From contig JAFZIJ010000077.1 of assembly GCA_017554445.1 (NCBI GenBank), positions 1,714 through 65,713 on the forward strand: a stretch of DNA of 64,000 nt, given 5' to 3'. A program made the position numbers and the translations under genes. Positions 1 to 7,560 of the stretch are shown in pieces. The DNA comes from Victivallales bacterium (GTDB taxonomy: Bacteria > Verrucomicrobiota > Lentisphaeria > Oligosphaerales > Oligosphaeraceae). The notes under the pieces are model-generated. The model had not been told where the DNA came from, did no database searches, and saw only the letters and a list, made by a program, of their open reading frames with translations. Position 1 is the first letter of the stretch. The number at the start of each line of letters is the position of its first letter.

Positions 1-455
1 ATCTGCAAGGCGCCGTCGCCCTCGGCATCGGCGTCGGTTCCGCCGCCGCAGGCTTCCTCTCCAGAGGAAAAATCGCCTTCCATTTCGTGCTGCCCGCAGG
101 CCTTCTGCTTGCCGTATGCGCACTCGCATTTGGATTGACCAGCTCGCATGTCATTCCCGTTCTTGCCATCACCGCCGCTCTTGGCGTGACCGGCGGCTTC
201 TACCAACTGCCGCTCAGCACAGGCATCCAGCAGTACAGCCCTGAAGACAAACGCGGCGCCTATCTCGCCGCCGGCAATGCGCTCGATTGCATCTCCATGC
301 TTCTGGCCTCCGCCCTCCATTGGCTTCTTCTGAAACCGCTCAAACTCTCGCCGGGCGCCGTCATCGTCGTTCTCGGAGTCATCACATTCGCCGTCGTAGC
401 CGCCCTCAAGACGTTCATGCCCAGCGATTTGAAAACAGTGAAAACAGCAGATTAA
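1..455 (+). CDS. MFS-type permease, C-terminal fragment (5' end outside window)
   Basis: Frame 3 is open from nt 3 to the TAA at 453-455. The translation is a run of hydrophobic helices (LQGAVALGIGVGSAAAGF, LLLAVCALAFGL, VIVVLGVITFAVVAAL) typical of the last TM helices of a major-facilitator transporter. Confidence 0.5.
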   Translation, partial: LQGAVALGIGVGSAAAGFLSRGKIAFHFVLPAGLLLAVCALAFGLTSSHVIPVLAITAALGVTGGFYQLPLSTGIQQYSPEDKRGAYLAAGNALDCISMLLASALHWLLLKPLKLSPGAVIVVLGVITFAVVAALKTFMPSDLKTVKTAD

Positions 456-459
456 CATC

Positions 460-1632
460 ATGGCCCAAGTAACTCTCGAACATGTTGGAAAAATCTATCC
501 AGGCGATGTACGCGCCGTAAAGGACTTCAATCTTACCATTGAAGACGGCGAATTCATCGTCATGGTTGGGCCGTCTGGCTGTGGGAAGTCCACCACGCTC
601 CGCATGGTCGCCGGTCTGGAGGAAATCTCGGAGGGCACGATTAAAATCGGCGGCCGCGTCGTCAACGACGTCTTGCCGAAAGACCGCAACATCGCCATGG
701 TCTTCCAAAACTACGCACTCTATCCGGACAAGACTGTCTATGAGAACATGGCTTTCTGCCTCCGTATGCGCAAATACCAGCCGGAGGATGCCAAACAACG
801 CAAAGGCCCTTTCGCGCCGCTGATCAACTGGTGGCGGAATCGCCGTGAGAAGAACGCGGAAATCGACCGCCGTGTTCGCGAGGCGGCAGATATTCTTGGC
901 ATACAGGATCTACTGGACCGACGCCCGAAAGCATTGTCCGGCGGCCAACGGCAACGTGTCGCTGTCGGCCGCTGCATCGTCCGCAATCCCGCTGTGTTCC
1001 TTTTCGACGAACCGCTTTCCAATTTGGACGCGAAGATGCGCGTGCAGATGCGCACGGAAATCTCCCGTCTCCATAACAAGTTGCGCACCACGATGATATA
1101 TGTCACGCATGACCAGACGGAAGCCATGACGATGGGCGACCGTATCGTCGTCATGAAGGACGGCATCATCCAGCAGGTTGCCACACCAGCCGAACTCTAT
1201 GACAATCCAAACAACATTTTCGTCGCGGGATTCATTGGCACGCCGCCCATGAATTTCTTCGATGTCGAAATACAGGAAAACAACGGCAATCTGTTCATCA
1301 AATCGGACGCCTTCACGCTGAAAGTGCCGCAAGAATGGACGGACGCCGTCGCACCGTTTGTTGGGAAACGCCTCACCTTCGGGCTCCGCCCTGAACATGT
1401 CGGTTCGCCTTCAGCGGAAGCGCAAAACCACCCTCAGACCATCGCGGCGGACATCGAAGTCATTGAGCCCATGGGTTCTGAGACATACCTTTATTTGAAG
1501 GCAGGCGAGGCTGGCTTCATCGCCCGTGTCGATCCGCATCGCGCATGCGCCGTCGGCGACAGAATCGAACTCGCCGTCATAATGGACAAAGCCCATCTGT
1601 TCAATCCGGAAACAACGGAACGAATCATCTGA
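460..1632 (+). CDS. ABC transporter ATP-binding protein, MalK/UgpC/MsiK-type sugar-import ATPase
   Basis: ATG at 460. Walker A GPSGCGKST, signature LSGGQRQRV, Walker B VFLFDEPLSNLD, H-loop YVTHDQ. A C-terminal regulatory/TOBE-like domain of about 150 aa is present. Confidence 0.9.
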   Translation: MAQVTLEHVGKIYPGDVRAVKDFNLTIEDGEFIVMVGPSGCGKSTTLRMVAGLEEISEGTIKIGGRVVNDVLPKDRNIAMVFQNYALYPDKTVYENMAFCLRMRKYQPEDAKQRKGPFAPLINWWRNRREKNAEIDRRVREAADILGIQDLLDRRPKALSGGQRQRVAVGRCIVRNPAVFLFDEPLSNLDAKMRVQMRTEISRLHNKLRTTMIYVTHDQTEAMTMGDRIVVMKDGIIQQVATPAELYDNPNNIFVAGFIGTPPMNFFDVEIQENNGNLFIKSDAFTLKVPQEWTDAVAPFVGKRLTFGLRPEHVGSPSAEAQNHPQTIAADIEVIEPMGSETYLYLKAGEAGFIARVDPHRACAVGDRIELAVIMDKAHLFNPETTERII

Positions 1633-1636
1633 TTCA

Positions 1637-1650
1637 TACCTTATAGTATA
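1637..1650 (+). promoter_or_regulatory. putative -10-like box TACCTTATAGTATA upstream of 1681 CDS
   Basis: One member of a recurring TACCTTATAnnAT motif located 30-55 nt upstream of + strand start codons. Other copies are at 28815 and 32236. Confidence 0.25.
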
Positions 1651-1680
1651 ACAACCACAACACTGAAAGAGGAAACAACC

Positions 1681-2436
1681 ATGACCATCATTCCAGTCGC
1701 CCTCGAAATGTACTCCGTCAGAAAAGAATTCACGGAAAATCCGCTGGCCACCATGAAAGCCATCAAGGCCATGGGTTACGACGGCGTCGAATTCGCAGGT
1801 CCACCCCAGTTCTGCGCGGAATTCTACGCCGGCCTCCTGAAGGAAACGGGTCTCGTCTGCTGCGGTTGGCACACTCCCTGGGACAGCGTGCAGGATGACA
1901 AAATCGACGCGACCATCAAACTCAACCAAGCAGTCGGCAACCCCAACGTCATGATCCCCGGCGTTCCCGCCAAGACCGCTGACGAATGGCTCGCCACCGC
2001 CAAGAAGTTCAATGAGATCGCCAACAAGCTCGCCCTCTACGGCATGCGCACAGGCTACCACAACCACACCGCCGAATTCGCCGCCGTTGACGGCAAGACG
2101 CCGTGGGATATCTTCATGGGCAATACGGACAAACGTGTCGTCATGCAGCTCGACACAGGCAATGGCCTCGCCGGCGGCTGCGACATCATGGGCACGCTGA
2201 ACAAGTATCCGGGCCGTTGCCAGACCATCCATCTCAAGCCATACACGAAGGATCCCGCAAAAGGCTTCAAGCCCATCATTGGTCAGGATGACTGCCCGTG
2301 GAAGGAAATCTTCGACTTCTGCCAGACGAAAGGCAACACGGAATGGTATGTCATCGAATACGAATGCCCCGAAATTCCCGCCCTCGAAGCCGTCAAGATG
2401 TGCCTTGACGCCACACGCGGAATGCTTGGGTACTAA
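1681..2436 (+). CDS. sugar phosphate isomerase/epimerase (xylose-isomerase-like TIM barrel)
   Basis: 251-aa ORF preceded by the RBS aaagaggaa. The overall pattern (GYDGVEF, HNH, EYE near the C-terminus) is typical of AP-endonuclease-2/xylose-isomerase-like TIM barrels. Confidence 0.65.
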   Translation: MTIIPVALEMYSVRKEFTENPLATMKAIKAMGYDGVEFAGPPQFCAEFYAGLLKETGLVCCGWHTPWDSVQDDKIDATIKLNQAVGNPNVMIPGVPAKTADEWLATAKKFNEIANKLALYGMRTGYHNHTAEFAAVDGKTPWDIFMGNTDKRVVMQLDTGNGLAGGCDIMGTLNKYPGRCQTIHLKPYTKDPAKGFKPIIGQDDCPWKEIFDFCQTKGNTEWYVIEYECPEIPALEAVKMCLDATRGMLGY

Positions 2437-2460
2437 GCATTTATAGCTTTTAACAAGCAA

Positions 2461-2493
2461 AACAGCCAGACTGTTTTTCGCAGTCTGGCTGTT
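2461..2493. terminator. bidirectional intrinsic terminator between convergent genes
   Basis: 13-bp perfect stem aacagccagactg / cagtctggctgtt with a 7-nt loop. An A-run precedes it and ttttatttt follows it. Confidence 0.8.
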
Positions 2494-2519
2494 TTATTTT
2501 GCAGAATCAAAGATTGCTT

Positions 2520-3137
2520 TCAGCGGAAGCATTCTTCCCGCGCCAAGGCAACATACGGTAAATCACGGAACTCTTCTCCGACGTCCAGACCGTAGCCGAC
2601 GACCCATCTGTCATTCACTTCAAATCCTTTGAAATCAACCTTGAAGTGCTTCCGCAGTTCCAAGACTTCCGGCGACGGCGATTCCAATTTCTTCTCCAAA
2701 AACACGCAGGTCTTGACGGATTTCGCCTTCAGTTCGGTCAAAAAATAATCTTTCAGAGCGGACAACGTAAAGCCTTGATCCAGAATATCATCAACCAGCA
2801 GGATCGAACAGCCTTCGACATTGTCGCATGTCATTCCGCTGATTTTCACCTTTCGCGTCTTCTCGCCCGTGCCCTTCATGCCAGACTGATATGTGCTCGC
2901 CCGGACAAAATCAAGATGCAGGCCACGCATGCCGACCGTCCGCAATTCGCGGATCAAATCAGATACGAAGATGCTCGCGCCTTTCAGCACGCCCATCAGA
3001 CAAACGCATGTTTCGCCTGCATACGCATCCTTTATCTCCTGCGCAAGCGTTTCGATTCGCGCATGAATCGCGTCGCTGTCAATCAAAACGCCTTGCAAAC
3101 GATCATCGTCAATGATATGTTCTTTCTTGTTGGTCAT
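2520..3137 (-). CDS. hpt: hypoxanthine phosphoribosyltransferase
   Basis: PRPP-binding motif ILLVDDILDQGFTLS and typical Hpt length. The track start at 3149 is a TTG, so I prefer the ATG at 3137 (MTNKKEH). Confidence 0.85.
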   Translation of the reverse strand: MTNKKEHIIDDDRLQGVLIDSDAIHARIETLAQEIKDAYAGETCVCLMGVLKGASIFVSDLIRELRTVGMRGLHLDFVRASTYQSGMKGTGEKTRKVKISGMTCDNVEGCSILLVDDILDQGFTLSALKDYFLTELKAKSVKTCVFLEKKLESPSPEVLELRKHFKVDFKGFEVNDRWVVGYGLDVGEEFRDLPYVALAREECFR

Positions 3138-3285
3138 GGCTGTTCTCAAGTTTTGCCGCTCTCCATACCTTAAGATAATATCTCATATTCGCAGGGCAAA
3201 TCTCTTGACAAGCTCTTCTTGACGATTAAACTTTATTTCATACAATTTTTCTTACAATTCCACATTCATCATCATCAATACCGCC

Positions 3286-4170
3286 ATGGCAGAACTCCTC
3301 ACAGAAGATTTTCTCTATCCCGCCTCATACGACCAGACGCAGCAGCCCGCCCGTGGCCTCGCCGCCAAAAATCCCAACCGCCCGTTGCTTGTCATCCTCC
3401 ATCCATGGAGTTGGGGCTACCGCCATCAGAACTCCCCCGCCGTCGAACAATGGTGCGTTGAAAACGACTGGAATCTCGTCCACCCGCACTTTCGTGGCCC
3501 GTCGTGGGAACCACTATCCTGCGGACATGACGCCGCCGTGCAAGATATCGTCGATGTCGTGAAATATGTCCAGGCGGCATGGAATGCCGATGTTGCAAAT
3601 ACTTTCTGCACAGGATGTTCCGGCGGTGGATACCATACCATGCTGTTGACGGGACGTCATCCGGAACTATGGAAAGGAACGTCCGCATGGTGCGGCATTT
3701 CCGACATCAAAGCGTGGCATGCCGAAAGCAGACTTCGTAAATACGGTTACAACAATCACATCGAAACGGCCTGTGGCGGCGATCCACAGACCGACGCCGC
3801 GGCGGAAGCATCTGCCGTCCACCGCTCCGCCCTCACCTATCTCCAGCCTAGCAATCCTATTCCGAGCATCGAAATCGCCGCAGGCATTCATGACGGACAT
3901 GCAGGTTCCGTGCCTATCTCTCAGTCACTCAACGCTTTCAACGCTCTTGTCCTGCCAGAGGAGCGCATTGCGCAAAACGACATCGACATGATGACTGAAT
4001 TTGAAAAAGTCCCCGCGCATCTTCCCGAACCGTTCATGGATCCGGACTTTGGAACAAAGACGATCCATTTCCGCAAACAGTCCGACAATGTCCACGTGAC
4101 GATTTTCGAAGGCGGCCATGAAATGGTGCAATCGGCGGTTATCGCCTGGCTGAAACGGATGACGGAATAA
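3286..4170 (+). CDS. alpha/beta hydrolase (S9 peptidase / esterase-like)
   Basis: 294 aa with nucleophile-elbow motif GCSGGGY and a C-terminal HDGH/GGHEM region consistent with a Ser-Asp-His hydrolase. Possible promoter TTGACG-N16-TACAAT at 3219-3246. Confidence 0.55.
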   Translation: MAELLTEDFLYPASYDQTQQPARGLAAKNPNRPLLVILHPWSWGYRHQNSPAVEQWCVENDWNLVHPHFRGPSWEPLSCGHDAAVQDIVDVVKYVQAAWNADVANTFCTGCSGGGYHTMLLTGRHPELWKGTSAWCGISDIKAWHAESRLRKYGYNNHIETACGGDPQTDAAAEASAVHRSALTYLQPSNPIPSIEIAAGIHDGHAGSVPISQSLNAFNALVLPEERIAQNDIDMMTEFEKVPAHLPEPFMDPDFGTKTIHFRKQSDNVHVTIFEGGHEMVQSAVIAWLKRMTE

Positions 4171-4218
4171 AACAACAAGTTTTCTAGAATTTCCAGAGTT
4201 TCCAGAGCTTCTAGAAAA

Positions 4219-4255
4219 GCAAAATGGCTCCTTCTTGCTGAAGGAGCCATTTTGC
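4219..4255. terminator. strong bidirectional intrinsic terminator
   Basis: 16-bp perfect stem gcaaaatggctccttc / gaaggagccattttgc with a 5-nt loop. It lies between the + strand hydrolase gene and the - strand HEPN gene. Confidence 0.8.
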
Positions 4256-4271
4256 TCAAAACCTAACTAGG

Positions 4272-4303
4272 TCTTATTCCTATTCAATGGTCGCTGGCGG
4301 CTT
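4272..4303. repeat. direct repeat copy A (duplicate of guaA 3' end)
   Basis: tcttattcctattcaatggtcgctggcggctt matches 5138-5169 at 31 of 32 positions. Confidence 0.95.
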
Positions 4304-4703
4304 TGGGTGTAATAATGTCTTTTGTCCATTCAAAGAATTCACGGGCCATATTTATAGCCATTTCCGCATGGCGTTCCTCCAATGGCAGTTCATTTGGATA
4401 TCTCATAGCCACTCCATACGGAGAAAGCATATCCGCATAATCATAGAACTTTTCTTCTATGCTGATCATGTTTTGGATTTGTTTGAGCAACAAAAACAAA
4501 TCATGCTTCTTCGGCAATCCGCCTTGGCTCCCCATCAAAACAATCACAGCCTTTACGGCTTTCTCCGCCGCCTGCTGGCAATGGAAGCAAATAATCTGCA
4601 ATGGCTTAGGCTGATATGTCCTAAAAAGATGCTTCGCTACTCCCAAATCAGCCTCCGCATATGCAAGCCACTCTTGCGCAACCGCCATATTCCCTTCAGC
4701 CAT
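4284..4703 (-). CDS. HEPN domain protein (putative toxin of HEPN-MNT type VII TA pair)
   Basis: 139 aa, helical, with an RYPNE...RH region resembling the HEPN R-x(4-6)-H class. It overlaps the upstream MNT gene by 8 nt. Confidence 0.75.
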   Translation of the reverse strand: MAEGNMAVAQEWLAYAEADLGVAKHLFRTYQPKPLQIICFHCQQAAEKAVKAVIVLMGSQGGLPKKHDLFLLLKQIQNMISIEEKFYDYADMLSPYGVAMRYPNELPLEERHAEMAINMAREFFEWTKDIITPKAASDH

Positions 4704-5025
4704 AAAGAAGCACCCCCCTGTTCATCACTTCGTTCTCTATGCTTGCTCTATGCTTGCGTTTTTCAAAGCCGCTCTCCGTGCCTATCACAATATCAACCGC
4801 ACGGCTTCTGATACTACGAATGGATTTATACGCATCCGCCGTCAAATCGACTAGATTCTCCGCGTCATCCTTTACTATAATATATATATCCACATCGCTG
4901 TCGTCATTCGCGGTTCCTTCCGCGAATGAGCCAAACAGGTAAATTTTAATAGGCGATAATTGCCTGACAAGCCTGTCTTTAATTTGCTCTATTTCTCTTT
5001 CAGGCGTTTCCATATTCCCCACCAT
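4696..5025 (-). CDS. minimal nucleotidyltransferase (MNT) domain protein (putative antitoxin)
   Basis: Pol-beta-type NTase motif LFGSFAEGTANDDSDVDIYII (GS-x9-D-x-D). The track start at 5028 is a GTG. ATG candidates are at 5025 and 5013. Confidence 0.8.
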   Translation of the reverse strand: MVGNMETPEREIEQIKDRLVRQLSPIKIYLFGSFAEGTANDDSDVDIYIIVKDDAENLVDLTADAYKSIRSIRSRAVDIVIGTESGFEKRKHRASIENEVMNRGVLLYG

Positions 5026-5085
5026 CACCTGTTCTTGTTCACGATTGGATAAAATAGGATCAATTCGTCATCATGAAAATCTAAC

Positions 5086-5128
5086 ATGGTTCATCCAAAG
5101 AATCAAGACGACGCTTTGGATGAACCAT
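5086..5128 (-). terminator. hairpin downstream of guaA
   Basis: 15-bp perfect stem atggttcatccaaag / ctttggatgaaccat with a 13-nt loop, located 12 nt past the guaA stop. On the minus strand it is followed by ATTTTC. Confidence 0.55.
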
Positions 5129-5137
5129 CATTTTCTA

Positions 5138-5169
5138 TCTTATTCCCATTCAATGGTCGCTGGCGGCTT
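5138..5169. repeat. direct repeat copy B (authentic guaA 3' end)
   Basis: tcttattcccattcaatggtcgctggcggctt. It encodes the last guaA codons (KPPATIEWE) and the stop. Confidence 0.95.
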
Positions 5170-6390
5170 GCTCGTGATGTCATAGACAACACGGTTGATG
5201 CCATCGACTTCCGACGTGATGCGCTTTGACATCGTCTCCAAGAGCTCCCACGGCAGGCGAACGATTTCCGCTGTCACGGCATCGACACTGTTAATGGAAC
5301 GGATCGCGATGACATTGTCGTAGCTGCGGCAGCCGTTCTTGATGCCCGTCGAACGGACGGGAACGAAAATCGCGAATGTCTGCCACGTCTTGTGATACCA
5401 ACCGGCCTTCACAAGTTCTTCCGTCACAATGGCATCCGCTTCACGCAACATCGCCAGCGTGTTGCGGGCGATCGCACCGACATGGCGCACGCCCAGCGAC
5501 GGGCCGGGGAACGGATGACGGTCGATCATTTCCGACGGCAGACCGAGCATGCGGCCGACCTTGCGGACTTCATCCTTGAACAACCGTTCGACTGGCTCCA
5601 CCAGTTTGAATTTCAAATCCGGCGGCAAGCCACCGACGTTGTGATGGCTCTTGATGACGCCTTTCGGATTGCCGTCCAGCGGAATGCTCTCCAGAATGTC
5701 CGGATAAATCGTACCCTGTCCAAGGAACGGGGCGTTGATTTCGCGGGCGGCTTCGGCGAACACGTCGATGAACTCCTTGCCAATGATCTTACGCTTCTTT
5801 TCGGGATCGTCAACGCCAGCCAGCTTGTCGAGAAAGCGGTCGCTCGCGTCGATGTATTTCAGATTCATCTTGAAATTCCGCTGGAAGACTTCCTGAACCA
5901 TCTCTGGCTCGTTCTTGCGGAGCAAACCATGATTCACGAAAACGCATGTCAGACGATCGCCGATCGCCTTGTGGATCAGCGCCGCCACAACGGATGAATC
6001 AACACCGCCGGACAAGCCCAAGACGACACGTTCGTTGCCGACCTGCGCACGTATGTCCGCCACGGCTTCGTCGATGAACGTCTCAAGCTTCCAGCTGCAT
6101 GTGCAACCGCAGGAATCTTTGCAGAACGCGACCAATGCCGCGATATCCGCTTCGCTATCGACCGTCGTCACAGGCAGTCCAACCTTCTTGAACGTATCCA
6201 AAGACGCACGCGGCGTCCCGTCATAGCACAGGATCAAACCGACGGGCTTCTCCGCCTTAAGGCGTTCAACGGGCGTCGTGTAGGGCATCACCATCGTGTA
6301 GATGCCACGGTCACGAATGCCGCGCGCCAGTTTCTGGATATCATTTCTTCCGAAATTGATGAGTACGACTGTCTCTGGAGTGAGTTTCAT
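5140..6390 (-). CDS. guaA: GMP synthase, ATP-pyrophosphatase and dimerisation domains intact, N-terminal GATase domain vestigial
   Basis: PP-loop GLSGGVDSSV begins near residue 125. The conserved C-terminal GMP-synthase region (HHNVGGLP, PFPGPSLGVR, KPPATIEWE) is present. The total is only 416 aa. Confidence 0.85.
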   Translation of the reverse strand: MKLTPETVVLINFGRNDIQKLARGIRDRGIYTMVMPYTTPVERLKAEKPVGLILCYDGTPRASLDTFKKVGLPVTTVDSEADIAALVAFCKDSCGCTCSWKLETFIDEAVADIRAQVGNERVVLGLSGGVDSSVVAALIHKAIGDRLTCVFVNHGLLRKNEPEMVQEVFQRNFKMNLKYIDASDRFLDKLAGVDDPEKKRKIIGKEFIDVFAEAAREINAPFLGQGTIYPDILESIPLDGNPKGVIKSHHNVGGLPPDLKFKLVEPVERLFKDEVRKVGRMLGLPSEMIDRHPFPGPSLGVRHVGAIARNTLAMLREADAIVTEELVKAGWYHKTWQTFAIFVPVRSTGIKNGCRSYDNVIAIRSINSVDAVTAEIVRLPWELLETMSKRITSEVDGINRVVYDITSKPPATIEWE

Positions 6391-6457
6391 AGACTGTTCT
6401 TTTTCCTTAATCTTATTATTTGGATACGAGTTGTCGTGTTCTTCTCTTTAGATACCA

Positions 6458-6495
6458 AGAGCCTCTAGAGAAACATATGTCTTTCTAGAGGCTCT
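6458..6495. repeat. perfect 12-bp inverted repeat (hairpin) downstream of znuA
   Basis: agagcctctaga / tctagaggctct with a 14-nt spacer. No U-tract follows on either strand, so it is not a canonical terminator. Confidence 0.6.
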
Positions 6496-6645
6496 CGCAA
6501 CCGAGTCAGAAATGGTCAAATTACATGGCCCCATAATTCATTACAATCCCCTCCAAAGAACAAACTTTTTGAAGTTTTTACTATAGTTTCCTCTAGAATG
6601 GATTTCAAGCCATCTTTTACAATATTTTCCATCATGGCGTTTTTT

Positions 6646-7560
6646 TCATGGATTCGCCTCAAGAAGAGCATCCGCCAATCGACGCAATCCATCGCTGAAA
6701 TCATCTGGAAGCGGATTGAATGGCAGGACTTTTCCGCCAATTTCATGCGACAGGACTTCCGCGGCCTTTGCATTGAACTGCGGCTGGACGAAAATCACGC
6801 GGATACCGTCATGCCGTGCCTCTCGGATGACCGTTCCCAAATACCGTCCCCCCGGCTCCTTTCCTTCCAGCTCCACCGCCTTCTGGCAAATGCCATAATC
6901 ATCCAAAAAGTACCCGAACGCAGGATGATAGACGACTACCTCCGTATCACGCAAACGCATCAGTTTCGTTTTCAATTCCGCGGCAAGTAAGTCCAGTTCG
7001 TGCAGATATTCAGATGCCCGTGCCTCCACCGCTGCATGCTCTTTATCAGGAAGGAGTTCCGCCAATACGGTGGCGACCGTCCGCGCATGGCATTTCATGT
7101 TTTCAATGTCCAGCCAGACATGCGGATCGTCTTCACCCGCCTCGCCGTCATGCTCGTCGTCGCCGTCATCATGGTCATGATGATGGTGGTGGTGAGCCCC
7201 CCCCTCCATTCGCCTGAACTTCATACCCACAGTACCATCGATAATCTTCAATTTTGGAAAACTCACGCGGATTTTCTTAATCAACGGCTTCTCAAAAGGC
7301 ACGCCTACCGTGATATACGCATCCGCCCGCGCCAAAGCGGACATCAACCGCACATTCGGAGAATACGTCTCCGGACTAAGACCGGCAGGCAGCATCGCAT
7401 GCACATTGACAGCTCCACCGCCGATGCGCTGTACGCTCTCCAACTGCGGCCCGATGCTCACGAACACGACAGGCCGTCTGTTTTCCGCCGCCGCATTCAA
7501 CAGCAGGCTGAGCAAAACAGCCATGAACAGAACGGATTTAGCAGACAAGTGGCCTGTCAT
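6646..7560 (-). CDS. znuA: metal ABC transporter substrate-binding protein, ZnuA/TroA family
   Basis: Signal peptide present. His/Asp-rich loop GGAHHHHHHDHDDGDDEHDGEAGEDDPH is typical of ZnuA. A cluster-9 SBP motif PHVW follows the loop. Confidence 0.8.
   Translation of the reverse strand: MTGHLSAKSVLFMAVLLSLLLNAAAENRRPVVFVSIGPQLESVQRIGGGAVNVHAMLPAGLSPETYSPNVRLMSALARADAYITVGVPFEKPLIKKIRVSFPKLKIIDGTVGMKFRRMEGGAHHHHHHDHDDGDDEHDGEAGEDDPHVWLDIENMKCHARTVATVLAELLPDKEHAAVEARASEYLHELDLLAAELKTKLMRLRDTEVVVYHPAFGYFLDDYGICQKAVELEGKEPGGRYLGTVIREARHDGIRVIFVQPQFNAKAAEVLSHEIGGKVLPFNPLPDDFSDGLRRLADALLEANP

Larger units (their letters stand above)
4272..5169 (-). mobile_element. putative integrated or decayed toxin-antitoxin cassette bounded by 32-nt direct repeats
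   Basis: The direct repeats 4272-4303 and 5138-5169 flank only the MNT and HEPN genes. The interior looks more AT-rich than the flanks by eye. No recombinase gene is present. Confidence 0.4.

Noticed and set aside
3150-3285. Purine riboswitch upstream of hpt, or upstream of guaA at 6391-6460
   Set aside because: The 5' regions are short. They show no three-way-junction pattern or the conserved loop sequences of guanine/adenine riboswitches.
4184-4218. Short repeats ttctagaa / tttccagag x2 upstream of the 4219 terminator, as a regulatory site
   Set aside because: They are very short, lie between two convergent gene ends with no promoter context, and are probably incidental.
6516-6635. 39-aa small ORF (MMENIVKDGLKSILEETIVKTSKSLFFGGDCNELWGHVI) 10 nt downstream of znuA
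   Set aside because: It has no recognisable RBS or motif and is too short to support without conservation or ribosome-profiling data.
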